A stretch of DNA of 64,000 nucleotides from the NCBI GenBank assembly GCA_963761555.1, contig CAVXHD010000002.1, positions 51,622-115,621 of the forward strand, written 5' to 3'. The stretch's first letter is position 1, and the number at the start of each line of letters is the position of its first letter. The notes under the pieces are model-generated. The model searched no databases and was not told the origin of the DNA. It saw nothing but the letters and a program-made list of their open reading frames with translations. This document shows, in pieces, positions 9,331 to 19,046 of this stretch. The stretch is from an uncultured Acidobacteriota bacterium (GTDB lineage Bacteria; Acidobacteriota; Terriglobia; Acidiferrales; UBA7541). The position numbers and the translations under genes are program-made.

Positions 9331-10542
9331 CTAATTGGCCTGCAAGACAGCGCTATACGCTCGAAGCAGAGTCAATTTCTCGGACTCCCAATTCAAACCC
9401 TCTTCGATCCGCTTACGACCACATGCTCCCAGTTTCTGGCGCAACTCCTGGCTATCAAGCAATCGAATTACCTGCTGGGCGAAATCGATGGGGTCATTGG
9501 GAGAGGCGTACAAAGCCGCCGGCCCTGCGACATGGCGACCCTCCTTTAGGTCAAAAAGCACCACTGGCAATGCGAAGGCCATGTACTCGAAGATTTTAAT
9601 CATGGTTGAATTGTCGTTCATTGGTGTTTTCGGGTCAGGGGCAACTCCGACATCCGCATTCGAAAGATATTTAACTACTTCGTCGTGGGAAACTTGGCCA
9701 GTGAAGGTCACGACAGAGTCTAAGGCTTTTTTGGCTACAAGCTCGCGCAATTCAGGGAGCATCGTCCCTCCTCCGACAAGCACGAAATGCGTATCCCGCC
9801 TTGACTCGCGTTTCACAATGTGTTCGATGGATTCGATCAACAAATCCAGACCGTCCTGCTGCGCCATGAAGCCTACATAAACTACGAGGAGCGGCTTCCC
9901 GAACTTCAGATCGGGCCGCTGGGGCCCGCGGGGGAGGGTCGTCAAGTCAGGGCAGTTTCGCACTACAAATACTTGCTCCGGGCGCTTGCCCCCTCGCGTC
10001 ACTGCAACCTCCTTAAATGAGTCATTGGTGGCAATGGAAACATGGGCAACACGGAAAGAGCACTTCTCCGCAAACCGTGTCATTGCATAAAATATCCCGT
10101 GCATTCTTCCGAATTTGGCCTGAAAAACCTCGGGGGCCAAATCATGATGATCGAAGATGAATCGCACTCCGAAAGGCCTCAGCATTAATCCAATCAGGAA
10201 AATGTTGTCTGGGGGATTGCAACCCTGAAGAATACGGAATCTTCTCTGGGAAAACACTTTCAGTACCAGATAGAGCTCGGCAATCAGAGCGAACGCGTAT
10301 TCCATCAGATAGCCAAATGTAGTTGACGCCTCCCAATGGCGATGGCGATAGATGTGGATTCCGTCCAAGAGCTCGTAACTTGCAGTGCAAGACTTCTTCC
10401 CCTTGGGGCAAATGACGGAAACGATGTATCCCCCGTCCCGCAAGGCGCGGGCTTCGGACCATACACGCCTATCAACTGGAACAGGCAGGTTTTCAACGAC
10501 AATGCAAATTGAAGTTGGCTTGCTCTCGCTCACGGGTGGCAT
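9331..10542 (-). CDS. glycosyltransferase family 4 (GT-B fold)
   Basis: 403 aa. N-terminal ICIVVENLPVPVDRRVW and a C-terminal EX7E-like block KIFEYMAFALPVVLFDLKEG. Confidence 0.8.
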   Translation of the reverse strand: MPPVSESKPTSICIVVENLPVPVDRRVWSEARALRDGGYIVSVICPKGKKSCTASYELLDGIHIYRHRHWEASTTFGYLMEYAFALIAELYLVLKVFSQRRFRILQGCNPPDNIFLIGLMLRPFGVRFIFDHHDLAPEVFQAKFGRMHGIFYAMTRFAEKCSFRVAHVSIATNDSFKEVAVTRGGKRPEQVFVVRNCPDLTTLPRGPQRPDLKFGKPLLVVYVGFMAQQDGLDLLIESIEHIVKRESRRDTHFVLVGGGTMLPELRELVAKKALDSVVTFTGQVSHDEVVKYLSNADVGVAPDPKTPMNDNSTMIKIFEYMAFALPVVLFDLKEGRHVAGPAALYASPNDPIDFAQQVIRLLDSQELRQKLGACGRKRIEEGLNWESEKLTLLRAYSAVLQAN

Positions 10543-10729
10543 CTCAGATGGTTGCCCCGTGAACCAAACTTTCCGAGATTCGCCTCAACATTTAACTCCC
10601 GGCCCTGTGATCGCCCACGGCTCGATAAACAGAAACGACAACGATAGGCAACGAGGCTTCTTGGCGTGATAATAGGCATCTTGTCGTTTGTTTCAGCTCA
10701 AGGACATGTGCGCAGATGGAAGATTTGCC

Positions 10730-11911
10730 TTAACGGCACTGCGATAAAGCTTTTGCCTGTGTGTGCCTGGCAAAGGCGTACAGCAACCACCCGAATTCAT
10801 ATGGTCTTTGTTCGGGAAGTACCTTTAGTGCGCCGGCCTGAAGTTCCGCAGCTGATGGTCGAACGGCACTTAGCATCATTTCCCAATATTTGGCCCGCGG
10901 ATTTGTCGGAATAACGCCTCGCCAAATCAAGCTGTGCGCAACATCCGTCATGTCTGCGCGAAGCTCGTTTGCTCCATTGATCCAGAAGAGACCCTTTTCA
11001 ACGAACTCCTGGAAGCACTGTCCTGTGGCTTCCTCGATGGCAAAAAGTGCCATCGGCGCCAAACCATACTGGTGGACGGAATAGACGGGATAACGGCTTC
11101 TTACTCGACCGCTGTGCGTATCGTACAACCACCACCACTGTCCTAGTTCACCTTGCGCACCACAAACTGCAGTTGCGCACTCCAAAGCTGGTCCCAGCGG
11201 ATCCTCTACCTGAAACGTGCTGGCAAATTTTGATAGCGCGTAGATGGCATAGGCTTGATCCGCAAAACTACCAATCCGTCCACGCAGCCTCCCCGCGAGA
11301 GACTTCATAATACCCATGTGGCCGAAGAGCCCGTACTCATCCTGGTTTCCTTCAATCAGATGATATGACCTTATGCAAAGGTCCGTCAGGGAGTTGGCAA
11401 GTCTGGTAGAAGTTTCCGCCGCGTGGGCGAGCCCGGTTAGAAGCCAGGACAGTTCCATCGTGCGTGATTCCCGAGCATCGCAATAATTGTCTACGGCCGA
11501 TTCACAATCGAACTTATCGAAGAATTCGTCCAACTGCTCCGGTCGGAAAGCTGCTTCGAGCCAGATCTGTAAACCTAGGTCACCGACCCCCTGAATCCAC
11601 TTTGTGTTCCCAACCAACGACGCATAGATTGCTTGAAGATCGAAAGGTACTGCGATTCCCGTCAGTTCTAGTTTCCGGAGCCCTAAAAGGGCCATGATCG
11701 TATACCTGGGAGAAAGCCCTTCCCGCACTGGTCCTTGCTCAGTCCAGAGCAGCCGATGGCAAAACATTTGCTTCTCTTCGTCAAACATCGAGACCAAGCC
11801 CCTGACCGCGAGAGATGTGAGCTTCATAATCTCGCAGCGTGAAGTTGCTCGGGCCTTCGAGGAGGCAAACGCACTTGGCAAATGGGCTTCTAACGGAGCA
11901 GGGGCACGCAT
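10730..11911 (-). CDS. hypothetical protein (possible alpha/alpha-toroid fold)
   Basis: 393-aa ORF inside the operon with helical, Trp-rich repeats (GELGQWWWLYD). Function not recognised. The true start may be internal (MKLTSLAV). Confidence 0.45.
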   Translation of the reverse strand: MRAPAPLEAHLPSAFASSKARATSRCEIMKLTSLAVRGLVSMFDEEKQMFCHRLLWTEQGPVREGLSPRYTIMALLGLRKLELTGIAVPFDLQAIYASLVGNTKWIQGVGDLGLQIWLEAAFRPEQLDEFFDKFDCESAVDNYCDARESRTMELSWLLTGLAHAAETSTRLANSLTDLCIRSYHLIEGNQDEYGLFGHMGIMKSLAGRLRGRIGSFADQAYAIYALSKFASTFQVEDPLGPALECATAVCGAQGELGQWWWLYDTHSGRVRSRYPVYSVHQYGLAPMALFAIEEATGQCFQEFVEKGLFWINGANELRADMTDVAHSLIWRGVIPTNPRAKYWEMMLSAVRPSAAELQAGALKVLPEQRPYEFGWLLYAFARHTQAKALSQCR

Positions 11912-12122
11912 TTGGTTTTAGCGATTGGCCAAGCCACTTTTCCGGGACTTCCCGCAAAAGCGCCCTGGCTCTTCGACGAACAAGAAGCTGGCGTTTCCCT
12001 TCTTACCTTTGCACTTTCAGATGCTCCGAGCTTGTGGAAGGATAGAAGGCGCTATGGCCGTTCGATCTAGAATTAGATTGTTTCGCTGCGGATCGCTCGC
12101 CGAATTTGTCGGTCAGCTGCCA

Positions 12123-13355
12123 TCAAACCCTTGCTGGTTGGCCGACTGGTAAAGGAGTCTCAGTAACCTTTCCAAACCGCGCGATCTCCTCAACCACCCG
12201 CTCTTGCTGCGCTAGGCTCAAGCCCGGATACACTGGCAAGGACAGTATTTGTGCAGCTGCGTCCTCCGTTACAGGGAAATCTCCCTCCTTATATCCCATA
12301 GCGCGATAAGGCTTTTGGAGATGGACAGGAATCGGGTAGTGGATTCCCGTTCCGATGCCGGATTGAGTCAGATGATTTTGGAGTTCGTCTCGCTCCGAGG
12401 TGCGGACTACGTACAGGTGATAGACGGCACGGGACCAAGATGGCTCGAATGGCAGCGCTAGCCAAGTCGACATGTGGCTCAACAATTCGTTGTAACGTGC
12501 CGCGACTTCTCGGCGTTTTTGATTCCACTGAGCTAGATGATGGAGTTTGACCTGCAGTATCCCAGCTTGGATGGAGTCAAGCCGCCCGTTGTAACCTTCC
12601 ATCTCATGGTAGTATTTGCGCGACTGCCCGTGATCTCGAAGCATTCGAGTTATCTGCGCGAGTGCTTCGTTGTTTGTCGTGATGGCTCCAGCCTCTCCGC
12701 AGGCGCCAAGGTTTTTCCCTGGATAAAAACTGAAAGCCGCGGCATGACCCATCGAACCTGCCTTCCTCCAGCGGTTTTCCTTTTTTGAGAAGTACTCCGC
12801 GCCGTGTGCTTGGCAGGCGTCTTCGATTACGATCATTCCGTAGCGAGAAGCAATGTCCAGGATTGGATCCATGTCAGCCATTTGCCCGTATAGATGAACA
12901 GGGACCACGGCCGTCACTGGCCTCCCAAGCGTCCGGTGAATCATTCGGCCCGTTTCGGCGTCCTTCATACAATATCTCTCGAAATACTGAGCGAGTTTCT
13001 GTGGATCCATGGTGTACGTGCGTGCGTCCACGTCCACAAAGTCTGCTCTAGCGCCAGACTGCGAAATGGCTTCTGTGGTGGCAATAAACGTCAGAGGAGT
13101 GGTCAGAACAATGTCGCCTGGTCGAACCCCGGCAGCCATCAAAGCGAACCTGACGGCGTCTGTGCCGCTGGATACCCCAACACAATGCGTGGCTTCGCAG
13201 AAGGAAGCGAATTCAGTTTCGAAACCCTCGACCATAGGCCCACCGATGAAGCCCGCGGTCTGCAACGCCTTCCGAAATACGGGGATCAATTCCGGCTCGA
13301 GCTCCTGGTGAAGACTGGCCAAATCCAAAAATGGAACTTTCTGGTTGTCGGTCAT
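12123..13355 (-). CDS. DegT/DnrJ/EryC1/StrS-family PLP-dependent sugar aminotransferase
   Basis: 410 aa. FIGGPMVEGFETEFASF, VSSGTDAV and the PLP-Lys region FSFYPGKNLGA. Confidence 0.85.
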   Translation of the reverse strand: MTDNQKVPFLDLASLHQELEPELIPVFRKALQTAGFIGGPMVEGFETEFASFCEATHCVGVSSGTDAVRFALMAAGVRPGDIVLTTPLTFIATTEAISQSGARADFVDVDARTYTMDPQKLAQYFERYCMKDAETGRMIHRTLGRPVTAVVPVHLYGQMADMDPILDIASRYGMIVIEDACQAHGAEYFSKKENRWRKAGSMGHAAAFSFYPGKNLGACGEAGAITTNNEALAQITRMLRDHGQSRKYYHEMEGYNGRLDSIQAGILQVKLHHLAQWNQKRREVAARYNELLSHMSTWLALPFEPSWSRAVYHLYVVRTSERDELQNHLTQSGIGTGIHYPIPVHLQKPYRAMGYKEGDFPVTEDAAAQILSLPVYPGLSLAQQERVVEEIARFGKVTETPLPVGQPARV

Positions 13356-13423
13356 TAGGCGATCCTTATTTTGAAGTGGGAGTGCACTTAATTTTTGCGT
13401 CTACTGCGGGAAGCAAGCAGCCA

Positions 13424-14311
13424 CTAGCTAAAAACCTCGTGAGAAACTAGCCTGGTTCTCTCCTCTAAATACTTCTGAAGGCCTTCTTGCCATGGTGCGA
13501 ACAAATTCAAACCGCAGGCTTTCAAAGCACGGTTCTCGAGGACGGAGTACTTAGGCCTCGCCACCTTTGCGGGGAATTCCCCGGGGGCGGCGACTTTTAG
13601 CCGCACGGATGCGCCGGTCAGGGCAAAGATTTCGCGCGCGAATTCATACCACGAACAACTGCCTTCAGCGGTTGCGTGATAGAGCCCGTAACAATCCGAA
13701 TGACTCAACCGGACAATCTGCCGCGCAAGTTCCGCGGTGGGCGTCGGCGTAACTACCTCGCTGTCCACAACGCGCAGCTCTTCGCGTTCCTTCGCCAACT
13801 TCAACATGAGCTCAACGAAGTTCAGCCCGCCCTTGGCGCGGCAGGGACTTTTCCCGTAGAGGGCGGAGGTGCGAATCACAAAGTGCTTGTCCGTCGTCGA
13901 GCGGATAAAGTGTTCGCCAGCTAGCTTGCTGATGCCGTAGGAATTCAGCGGCCGTGGGGTGTCATCTTCAACGTAAGGACTCCCCTTGCCGCCGTCGAAC
14001 ACATAGTCGGTGCTGACGTGGACCAGGGCTGCACCCAAATCTCGTCCGACCACTGCTAGGTTCCTTGCGCCGAGTGCATTGACGGCGAACGCTTTCGCAG
14101 GGTCGCTTTCGCAATGGTCGACGTTGTGCATCGCGGAAGTGTTGACGATCAGCTGAGGCTGAATTTCCCCAAGAACTCGCTTGACCGAACCAAGCTCGGC
14201 CGTCTCAATATCCGAGTGCGTCAACGCGGAAACGGGATCACCGCTCTCCGAGAAAGCGATAACCACGTCGCTGCCTAGCTGCCCATTTGCTCCAATCACC
14301 GCAACCCTCAT
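13424..14311 (-). CDS. rmlD: dTDP-4-dehydrorhamnose reductase (RmlD family)
   Basis: 295 aa. MRVAVIGANGQLGSDV Rossmann motif, STDYVFDG, YGISKLAGE (YxxxK). Confidence 0.75.
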   Translation of the reverse strand: MRVAVIGANGQLGSDVVIAFSESGDPVSALTHSDIETAELGSVKRVLGEIQPQLIVNTSAMHNVDHCESDPAKAFAVNALGARNLAVVGRDLGAALVHVSTDYVFDGGKGSPYVEDDTPRPLNSYGISKLAGEHFIRSTTDKHFVIRTSALYGKSPCRAKGGLNFVELMLKLAKEREELRVVDSEVVTPTPTAELARQIVRLSHSDCYGLYHATAEGSCSWYEFAREIFALTGASVRLKVAAPGEFPAKVARPKYSVLENRALKACGLNLFAPWQEGLQKYLEERTRLVSHEVFS

Positions 14312-14313
14312 AA

Positions 14314-15303
14314 TTAGAGCGCCTTCGCCATGGAGTGAATTTCAACGCCGTTGTCAATCGATTTGAAAACGGAAATATTGGAATACGCTGGATTATCCCA
14401 ATCCTGAAACTTGTCCATGTTTTCGATCAAGTTCACTACGATGGATTTGAGATCGTCCGTAGGATGAAAGCTCAGAACATTTTTTGCCTTCTCGATGCTG
14501 ACTTTGTAATTTCGAAAATCCTGGATATGCTTGATGATGAGGCGAATTGAAATTCCCAACTTCTCCTCAATCGCGCCTTTAACCAGGTCGCCGACTTCTC
14601 CGACCGTGTAATTGCCGGAGGCGACGTTGAAAACTCCAGAAATTTTGTGATTCGCTTCGATCGCGCGAATGTAGGCTGTAGCTGCATCCTGGATGCTCAA
14701 AATGGGCCTCCAGATGGACGGGTTGTTGATCGTGATCGAGCGATCTCTCATGGCGCTCTTAAACATCGTGTTTATGATGAGATCGAATCGCATACGCGGG
14801 CTATAGCCAGAGATCGTCCCCTTGCGTAAGGAAATCACGGAAAAATTTTCGTCGATCAGCTGCAGAGCGGCTTGTTCACCTTGTAACTTGGAAATGCCGT
14901 ACGGGTAGCTGGAGCTCACCGGGCGGGTCTCGTCGTACAGCTCGTTCTCCGTATACCCGTATACGGAGCAAGAACTCGCGTATACGTAGCGTTTCACCTT
15001 TGCCTTTTTGGCTGTATAAGCCAGATAGGACGGCGCGGCGGCGTTGAATACGAAGTTTTTGCTCGGCGAGTATTCAGCCATAGGGTCGTTGGACAGTCCT
15101 GCCAAGAAGACGACCTGATCGTAGGGCTCCAGATCTTCCTCCGTGAGCTGGAAGATGTCCTTGTTCAGAATTCCCACTTGGCGAGGCAAGTGATTGCCGA
15201 ACCAGAAGAGGTCTACAACATCCACTTTGTAGCCGCGGTCGAGCAATTTGGGAATCAGCGTGCTCCCAACGTACCCTGCGCCGCCAGCAATGAGGAGTTT
15301 CAT
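14314..15303 (-). CDS. NAD-dependent epimerase/dehydratase (extended SDR)
   Basis: ORF trimmed to MKLLIAGGAGYVGS (ATG at 15303). Catalytic YGISKLQGE. Confidence 0.8.
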   Translation of the reverse strand: MKLLIAGGAGYVGSTLIPKLLDRGYKVDVVDLFWFGNHLPRQVGILNKDIFQLTEEDLEPYDQVVFLAGLSNDPMAEYSPSKNFVFNAAAPSYLAYTAKKAKVKRYVYASSCSVYGYTENELYDETRPVSSSYPYGISKLQGEQAALQLIDENFSVISLRKGTISGYSPRMRFDLIINTMFKSAMRDRSITINNPSIWRPILSIQDAATAYIRAIEANHKISGVFNVASGNYTVGEVGDLVKGAIEEKLGISIRLIIKHIQDFRNYKVSIEKAKNVLSFHPTDDLKSIVVNLIENMDKFQDWDNPAYSNISVFKSIDNGVEIHSMAKAL

Positions 15304-15333
15304 GGTTTCTCCCGTAAGCCTCAAGAGTTTCGA

Positions 15334-15900
15334 TCAGTAACTGAAATTTTCGGATTCTGGCCGCGACAGCCACTCTGCTAGGGTCTGCGCGTTTCGATCT
15401 TTGTCCGAGAGCAAGGGCTCTCGGATGGGCCACTCGATACCGATGGCAGGATCATCCCACCGAATCCCGGATTCCCCTTTGTTGCTGTAAATTCCTGTGC
15501 ACTTGTACTGGATTTCAGCGGCATCGGATAGCACGCAGAAACCACGTGCAAAGCCGGCCGGAGCCCAAACTTGACGACGGTTCTCAGCCGATGCCTCAAC
15601 TCCAACCCACTTTCCCAGCGTGGGTGATCCCCGGCGAACATCAACGGCAACCAGCAAAGCGGTCCCGTGAGTTACACGCATTAACTTGCCCATCGGGGGT
15701 TCCCATTGAAAGTGCAAACCGCGCACAACACCCTTCGAGGACCGCGAGTGGTTGTCCTGGACAAAATGGGTGGGCAATCCGAAGGCTTGAAATTGATCCT
15801 CGCGGAACGTCTCCATGAAGAAGCCGCGGTCGTCTTGAAAAATATTCGGGACCAGTACAACCACGTCCCGCAAGTATCTAGACTCGATTTTGATTTCCAT
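15334..15900 (-). CDS. rmlC: dTDP-4-dehydrorhamnose 3,5-epimerase (RmlC cupin)
   Basis: 188 aa. DDRGFFMETFRED and VRGLHFQ motifs. Confidence 0.85.
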   Translation of the reverse strand: MEIKIESRYLRDVVVLVPNIFQDDRGFFMETFREDQFQAFGLPTHFVQDNHSRSSKGVVRGLHFQWEPPMGKLMRVTHGTALLVAVDVRRGSPTLGKWVGVEASAENRRQVWAPAGFARGFCVLSDAAEIQYKCTGIYSNKGESGIRWDDPAIGIEWPIREPLLSDKDRNAQTLAEWLSRPESENFSY

Positions 15901-16018
15901 GGCTAATCAATCGCTAGCGACAACCCGAAGAGAGTTTTACTTCTCGCCTGTCCGGAAGGACCACCGCCGGCCTATCTCCCACATTCCGAGGTCGTGTACC
16001 CGGAGGATCTCATACGTT

Positions 16019-16528
16019 TCATTTCTGAACTTTTCCTACAATATTCGAGTCTAAAGGAATTTTGCGAAGCACCCTGGCCGGATTTCCGGCAACGATTGTC
16101 GCCGGCGGAACGTCGCGCGTTACCACCGAACCAGCTCCGACGATTGCGTTCTCGCCTATGATCAAGTTTGAGAGGATCGTGGCTCCCGAGCCGATGGATG
16201 CCCCTTTCCTCACTACTGTTTTTTCAACCTTCCAATCTTTCTCGGTCTGCAACTCTCCACCCGGATTCGTGGACCGAGGGTAGGTATCGTTGATGAAAGT
16301 AACGCCGTGTCCGACGAACACGTCGTCCTCAATGATTACACCTTCGCAAATGAAGGTATGTGAGGAAATCTTACAGTTACTACCGACTTCCGAGTTCTTC
16401 TGAATCTCGACGAAGGCGCCAATTTTCGTGTTATCGCCAATCTCGCAACCATAAAGATTGACGAACTTAGAAAGTCGAACACCTTCTCCCAACTTTACGT
16501 CTTGTGAGATGCAACAATATTCGTTCAC
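16019..16528 (-). CDS. sugar N-acetyltransferase, left-handed beta-helix (hexapeptide repeat)
   Basis: 169 aa. Hexapeptide repeats IGDNTKIGAFVEI and IGSGATILSNLIIGENAIVGAGSVV. 4-nt overlap with the upstream gene. Confidence 0.8.
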   Translation of the reverse strand: MNEYCCISQDVKLGEGVRLSKFVNLYGCEIGDNTKIGAFVEIQKNSEVGSNCKISSHTFICEGVIIEDDVFVGHGVTFINDTYPRSTNPGGELQTEKDWKVEKTVVRKGASIGSGATILSNLIIGENAIVGAGSVVTRDVPPATIVAGNPARVLRKIPLDSNIVGKVQK

Positions 16529-17526
16529 AGGCGCACGATCTCCCCTCTTTTCTTGATGGACTTCTCCGCCGCCTCAAGCATTTCTACGACGCGCAGTCCG
16601 GCGTGGCCGTCATTGACGGGTGTCTCGTTCTTGTTGATGCATTCCGCAAAATAGCTGAGTTCAGAGCGTAGCGCTTCCACTTGCTCGATCTGCGGGGACC
16701 ACATGTCTCCGGAGCGGTAATTTACGAGGAGCTGCCGAACACCGTCAGCGGAGGTGATATCAACTCCCTTGTCGTACACCTTAATCTTCTCGTCTGCTTC
16801 GAGATCATTCCAAACCAGCATCTTCTTCTGGCCGCCAATGAGTGTCGTGCGCACCTTGACGGGAGACAGCCAATTCACGTTGACGTGCGCTATCACATTC
16901 TGCGGGAAATACAGAGTGATATAAGCAATGTCCTCATGACCATTAAGATGGCACTGCCCTGTGGCTACTACAGCCTCCGCTCGTTGATCGATAATAAAAT
17001 CCATGATGGATAGGTCATGCGGAGCTAGATCCCAGATCACATTTACGTCGTGTTGGAACAAGCCAAGGTTTACGCGGACAGAATCGTAATAGTAGAGATC
17101 CCCGAGGACACCTTTTTTCATCAGCTCCTGAATTTTGCGAACCGCCCCGGTGAATAAAAACGTATGATCCACCATGATTTTCAATTTCTTGCGCTCGGCC
17201 AATTCAATCAGCTCTGAAGCTTGCGCGGAATTTGAAGTGAAGGGTTTCTCGACAAACACATGCTTCCCGTTTTCGAGCGCCTTCTTGGCAAGTTCGTAGT
17301 GCGTCCAAACCGGCGTTATCACGGCCACTGCATCCACGTTTGGCGATCGCAGAATCTCCTCTGGATCCTCGACTGTGGAGATTCCAGGATGAGCGCGCCT
17401 TAGACGCCCCAGGGCTGAGGCACTCTTGTCGCACACCGCTTCCACTTTCGTTCCTTCCAGGGAAGCAAAATTCCGCACGATATTTGGACCCCAATAACCG
17501 TACCCAAGCACACCAACTCGAATCAT
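16525..17526 (-). CDS. Gfo/Idh/MocA-family sugar-nucleotide oxidoreductase (WbpB/WlbA-like)
   Basis: 333 aa. MIRVGVLGYGYWGPN Rossmann motif and VFVEKPF. Confidence 0.85.
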   Translation of the reverse strand: MIRVGVLGYGYWGPNIVRNFASLEGTKVEAVCDKSASALGRLRRAHPGISTVEDPEEILRSPNVDAVAVITPVWTHYELAKKALENGKHVFVEKPFTSNSAQASELIELAERKKLKIMVDHTFLFTGAVRKIQELMKKGVLGDLYYYDSVRVNLGLFQHDVNVIWDLAPHDLSIMDFIIDQRAEAVVATGQCHLNGHEDIAYITLYFPQNVIAHVNVNWLSPVKVRTTLIGGQKKMLVWNDLEADEKIKVYDKGVDITSADGVRQLLVNYRSGDMWSPQIEQVEALRSELSYFAECINKNETPVNDGHAGLRVVEMLEAAEKSIKKRGEIVRL

Positions 17527-17731
17527 AATTCCTCTTTAAGGTTCGGCAACTTCTCTGGTGAAATCAAGATTGGCCCATCTGACGCTGACTTCTGACCGAA
17601 AGCATTTCAGGCTAATCCCAAGGGTTCATAGAAATGGCTAAGTGCAGTTTTCTGCGGAAAAACCTATCGTGAACTGATCTTGCGAGATTGCATCATCCAA
17701 ATCGGCGGAATGGCACACCTTCGCGCGAGGC

Positions 17732-18994
17732 TCAATATGCTCCTTCGCCGGTCAGCACTGCCCGCGGCGTGGCCATAAGAATCTTCACATCGAGCCAGAG
17801 AGACCAGGATTGGCTGTAGCGAAGATCGAGCCGAACCATATCATCGAAGCTCATGCGGCTTCGGCCGCTGACCTGCCAAAGACCGGTTACACCTGGCTTC
17901 ACTTCGAGAACCCGGCGACGATGCCAGATATTATAGATTTTGAATTCGTATGGCACTGGTGGTCTTGGTCCAACGAGGGACATTTCACCACGCAAAACGT
18001 TCCAGAACTGCGGCAGTTCATCGAGGCTTGTCTTGCGCAGAAATTTCCCGACCGACGTCACCCGAGGGTCGTTGGTAATCTTAAAGACAGTGGGCTTGCC
18101 TTCCGCGTTCGGAACGCTCTCCCCCTGTCCAGCAATAAACTTTGCGATGTAGTCTTGATGGATTTTCGGATTGTTGTCCACGTACATCGTTCGGAATTTG
18201 AAGCATTGAAAACGGGAACCGAATTGAGCCAGCCGCGCCTGCCTGAAGAATACAGGTCCTTTGGATGTGAGTTTTATCGCCAAGGCGATTAAACCGTAGA
18301 TTGGAGAAAGAGAAAGAAGCAGCAGTGCGCTACCTAATACGTCGATCGCTCTCTTCAACAAGTGAGGTATCCGTTTTCCCCGCTCCTTCTCTGACACGTC
18401 GGGATAAAGGCTGATATCGGCCAGGGGGTCGGAGCTGTTTTCATCCTTGTCCTCTGGGAACAGATGTATCGAGGTTCGAAGATGGGAAAGCAAATTCCGA
18501 TCCAATTCCTTCTGCAGAGCAGCGAGCACTTTGGAATGCAAGATCTCGGTGATCGAAGTCTCGCCCTCGCAGTTGATCTCGGTGAACAATACAGCAAGAA
18601 TCTGACCCTCTTTGTACCAGCCGACCAAATCCGTTTCCCTGGTGGAGCGGGAGAGCACCGAGACCACCCATTCCATAAATGGTCCTGCGTTGCCGTTCGC
18701 TGGAAGTGCTGCTGCATCCAAAAGTAGTAGAACGAATGGTTTACCGGATCGCTCTGCTCTCCTCCGCTCGAGCGTCAGGAGCGTCTGAAAGCTATCCTCT
18801 CGCAGGACCCCCTCGCGGCGAACAATCACATGTCCCAAGCGAAGGGGACGATGACGCTCTTCGGAACGTCTCGGTGTCTGACCATGTATTGCCAGGACAT
18901 TCTGTGTCGTCTTTTCCATGTGCGTTCTCAGCTCTTGGTCTTTCCTAAGCATCGAGTTCCTTCTAACCTTCGAAGCAGAACTTCCTCGGCCCAC
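17732..18994 (-). CDS. polyprenyl-phosphate sugar phosphotransferase (bacterial sugar transferase) with N-terminal degenerate GGDEF-like domain
   Basis: 420-aa ORF. The C-terminal half is a canonical Bac_transf domain ([40 protein letters not shown]). The N-terminal ~60-185 aa align by eye to the GGDEF fold, with KEGQI in place of GGDEF and RETD as the RxxD site. Start candidates are GTG 18994, ATG 18952 and ATG 18919. Confidence 0.85.
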   Translation of the reverse strand: MGRGSSASKVRRNSMLRKDQELRTHMEKTTQNVLAIHGQTPRRSEERHRPLRLGHVIVRREGVLREDSFQTLLTLERRRAERSGKPFVLLLLDAAALPANGNAGPFMEWVVSVLSRSTRETDLVGWYKEGQILAVLFTEINCEGETSITEILHSKVLAALQKELDRNLLSHLRTSIHLFPEDKDENSSDPLADISLYPDVSEKERGKRIPHLLKRAIDVLGSALLLLSLSPIYGLIALAIKLTSKGPVFFRQARLAQFGSRFQCFKFRTMYVDNNPKIHQDYIAKFIAGQGESVPNAEGKPTVFKITNDPRVTSVGKFLRKTSLDELPQFWNVLRGEMSLVGPRPPVPYEFKIYNIWHRRRVLEVKPGVTGLWQVSGRSRMSFDDMVRLDLRYSQSWSLWLDVKILMATPRAVLTGEGAY

Positions 18995-19046
18995 GCAGAG
19001 GACTCAGCCGATCTGTATCGAACAATCGCTTGCCCCGAGGGTTTAC

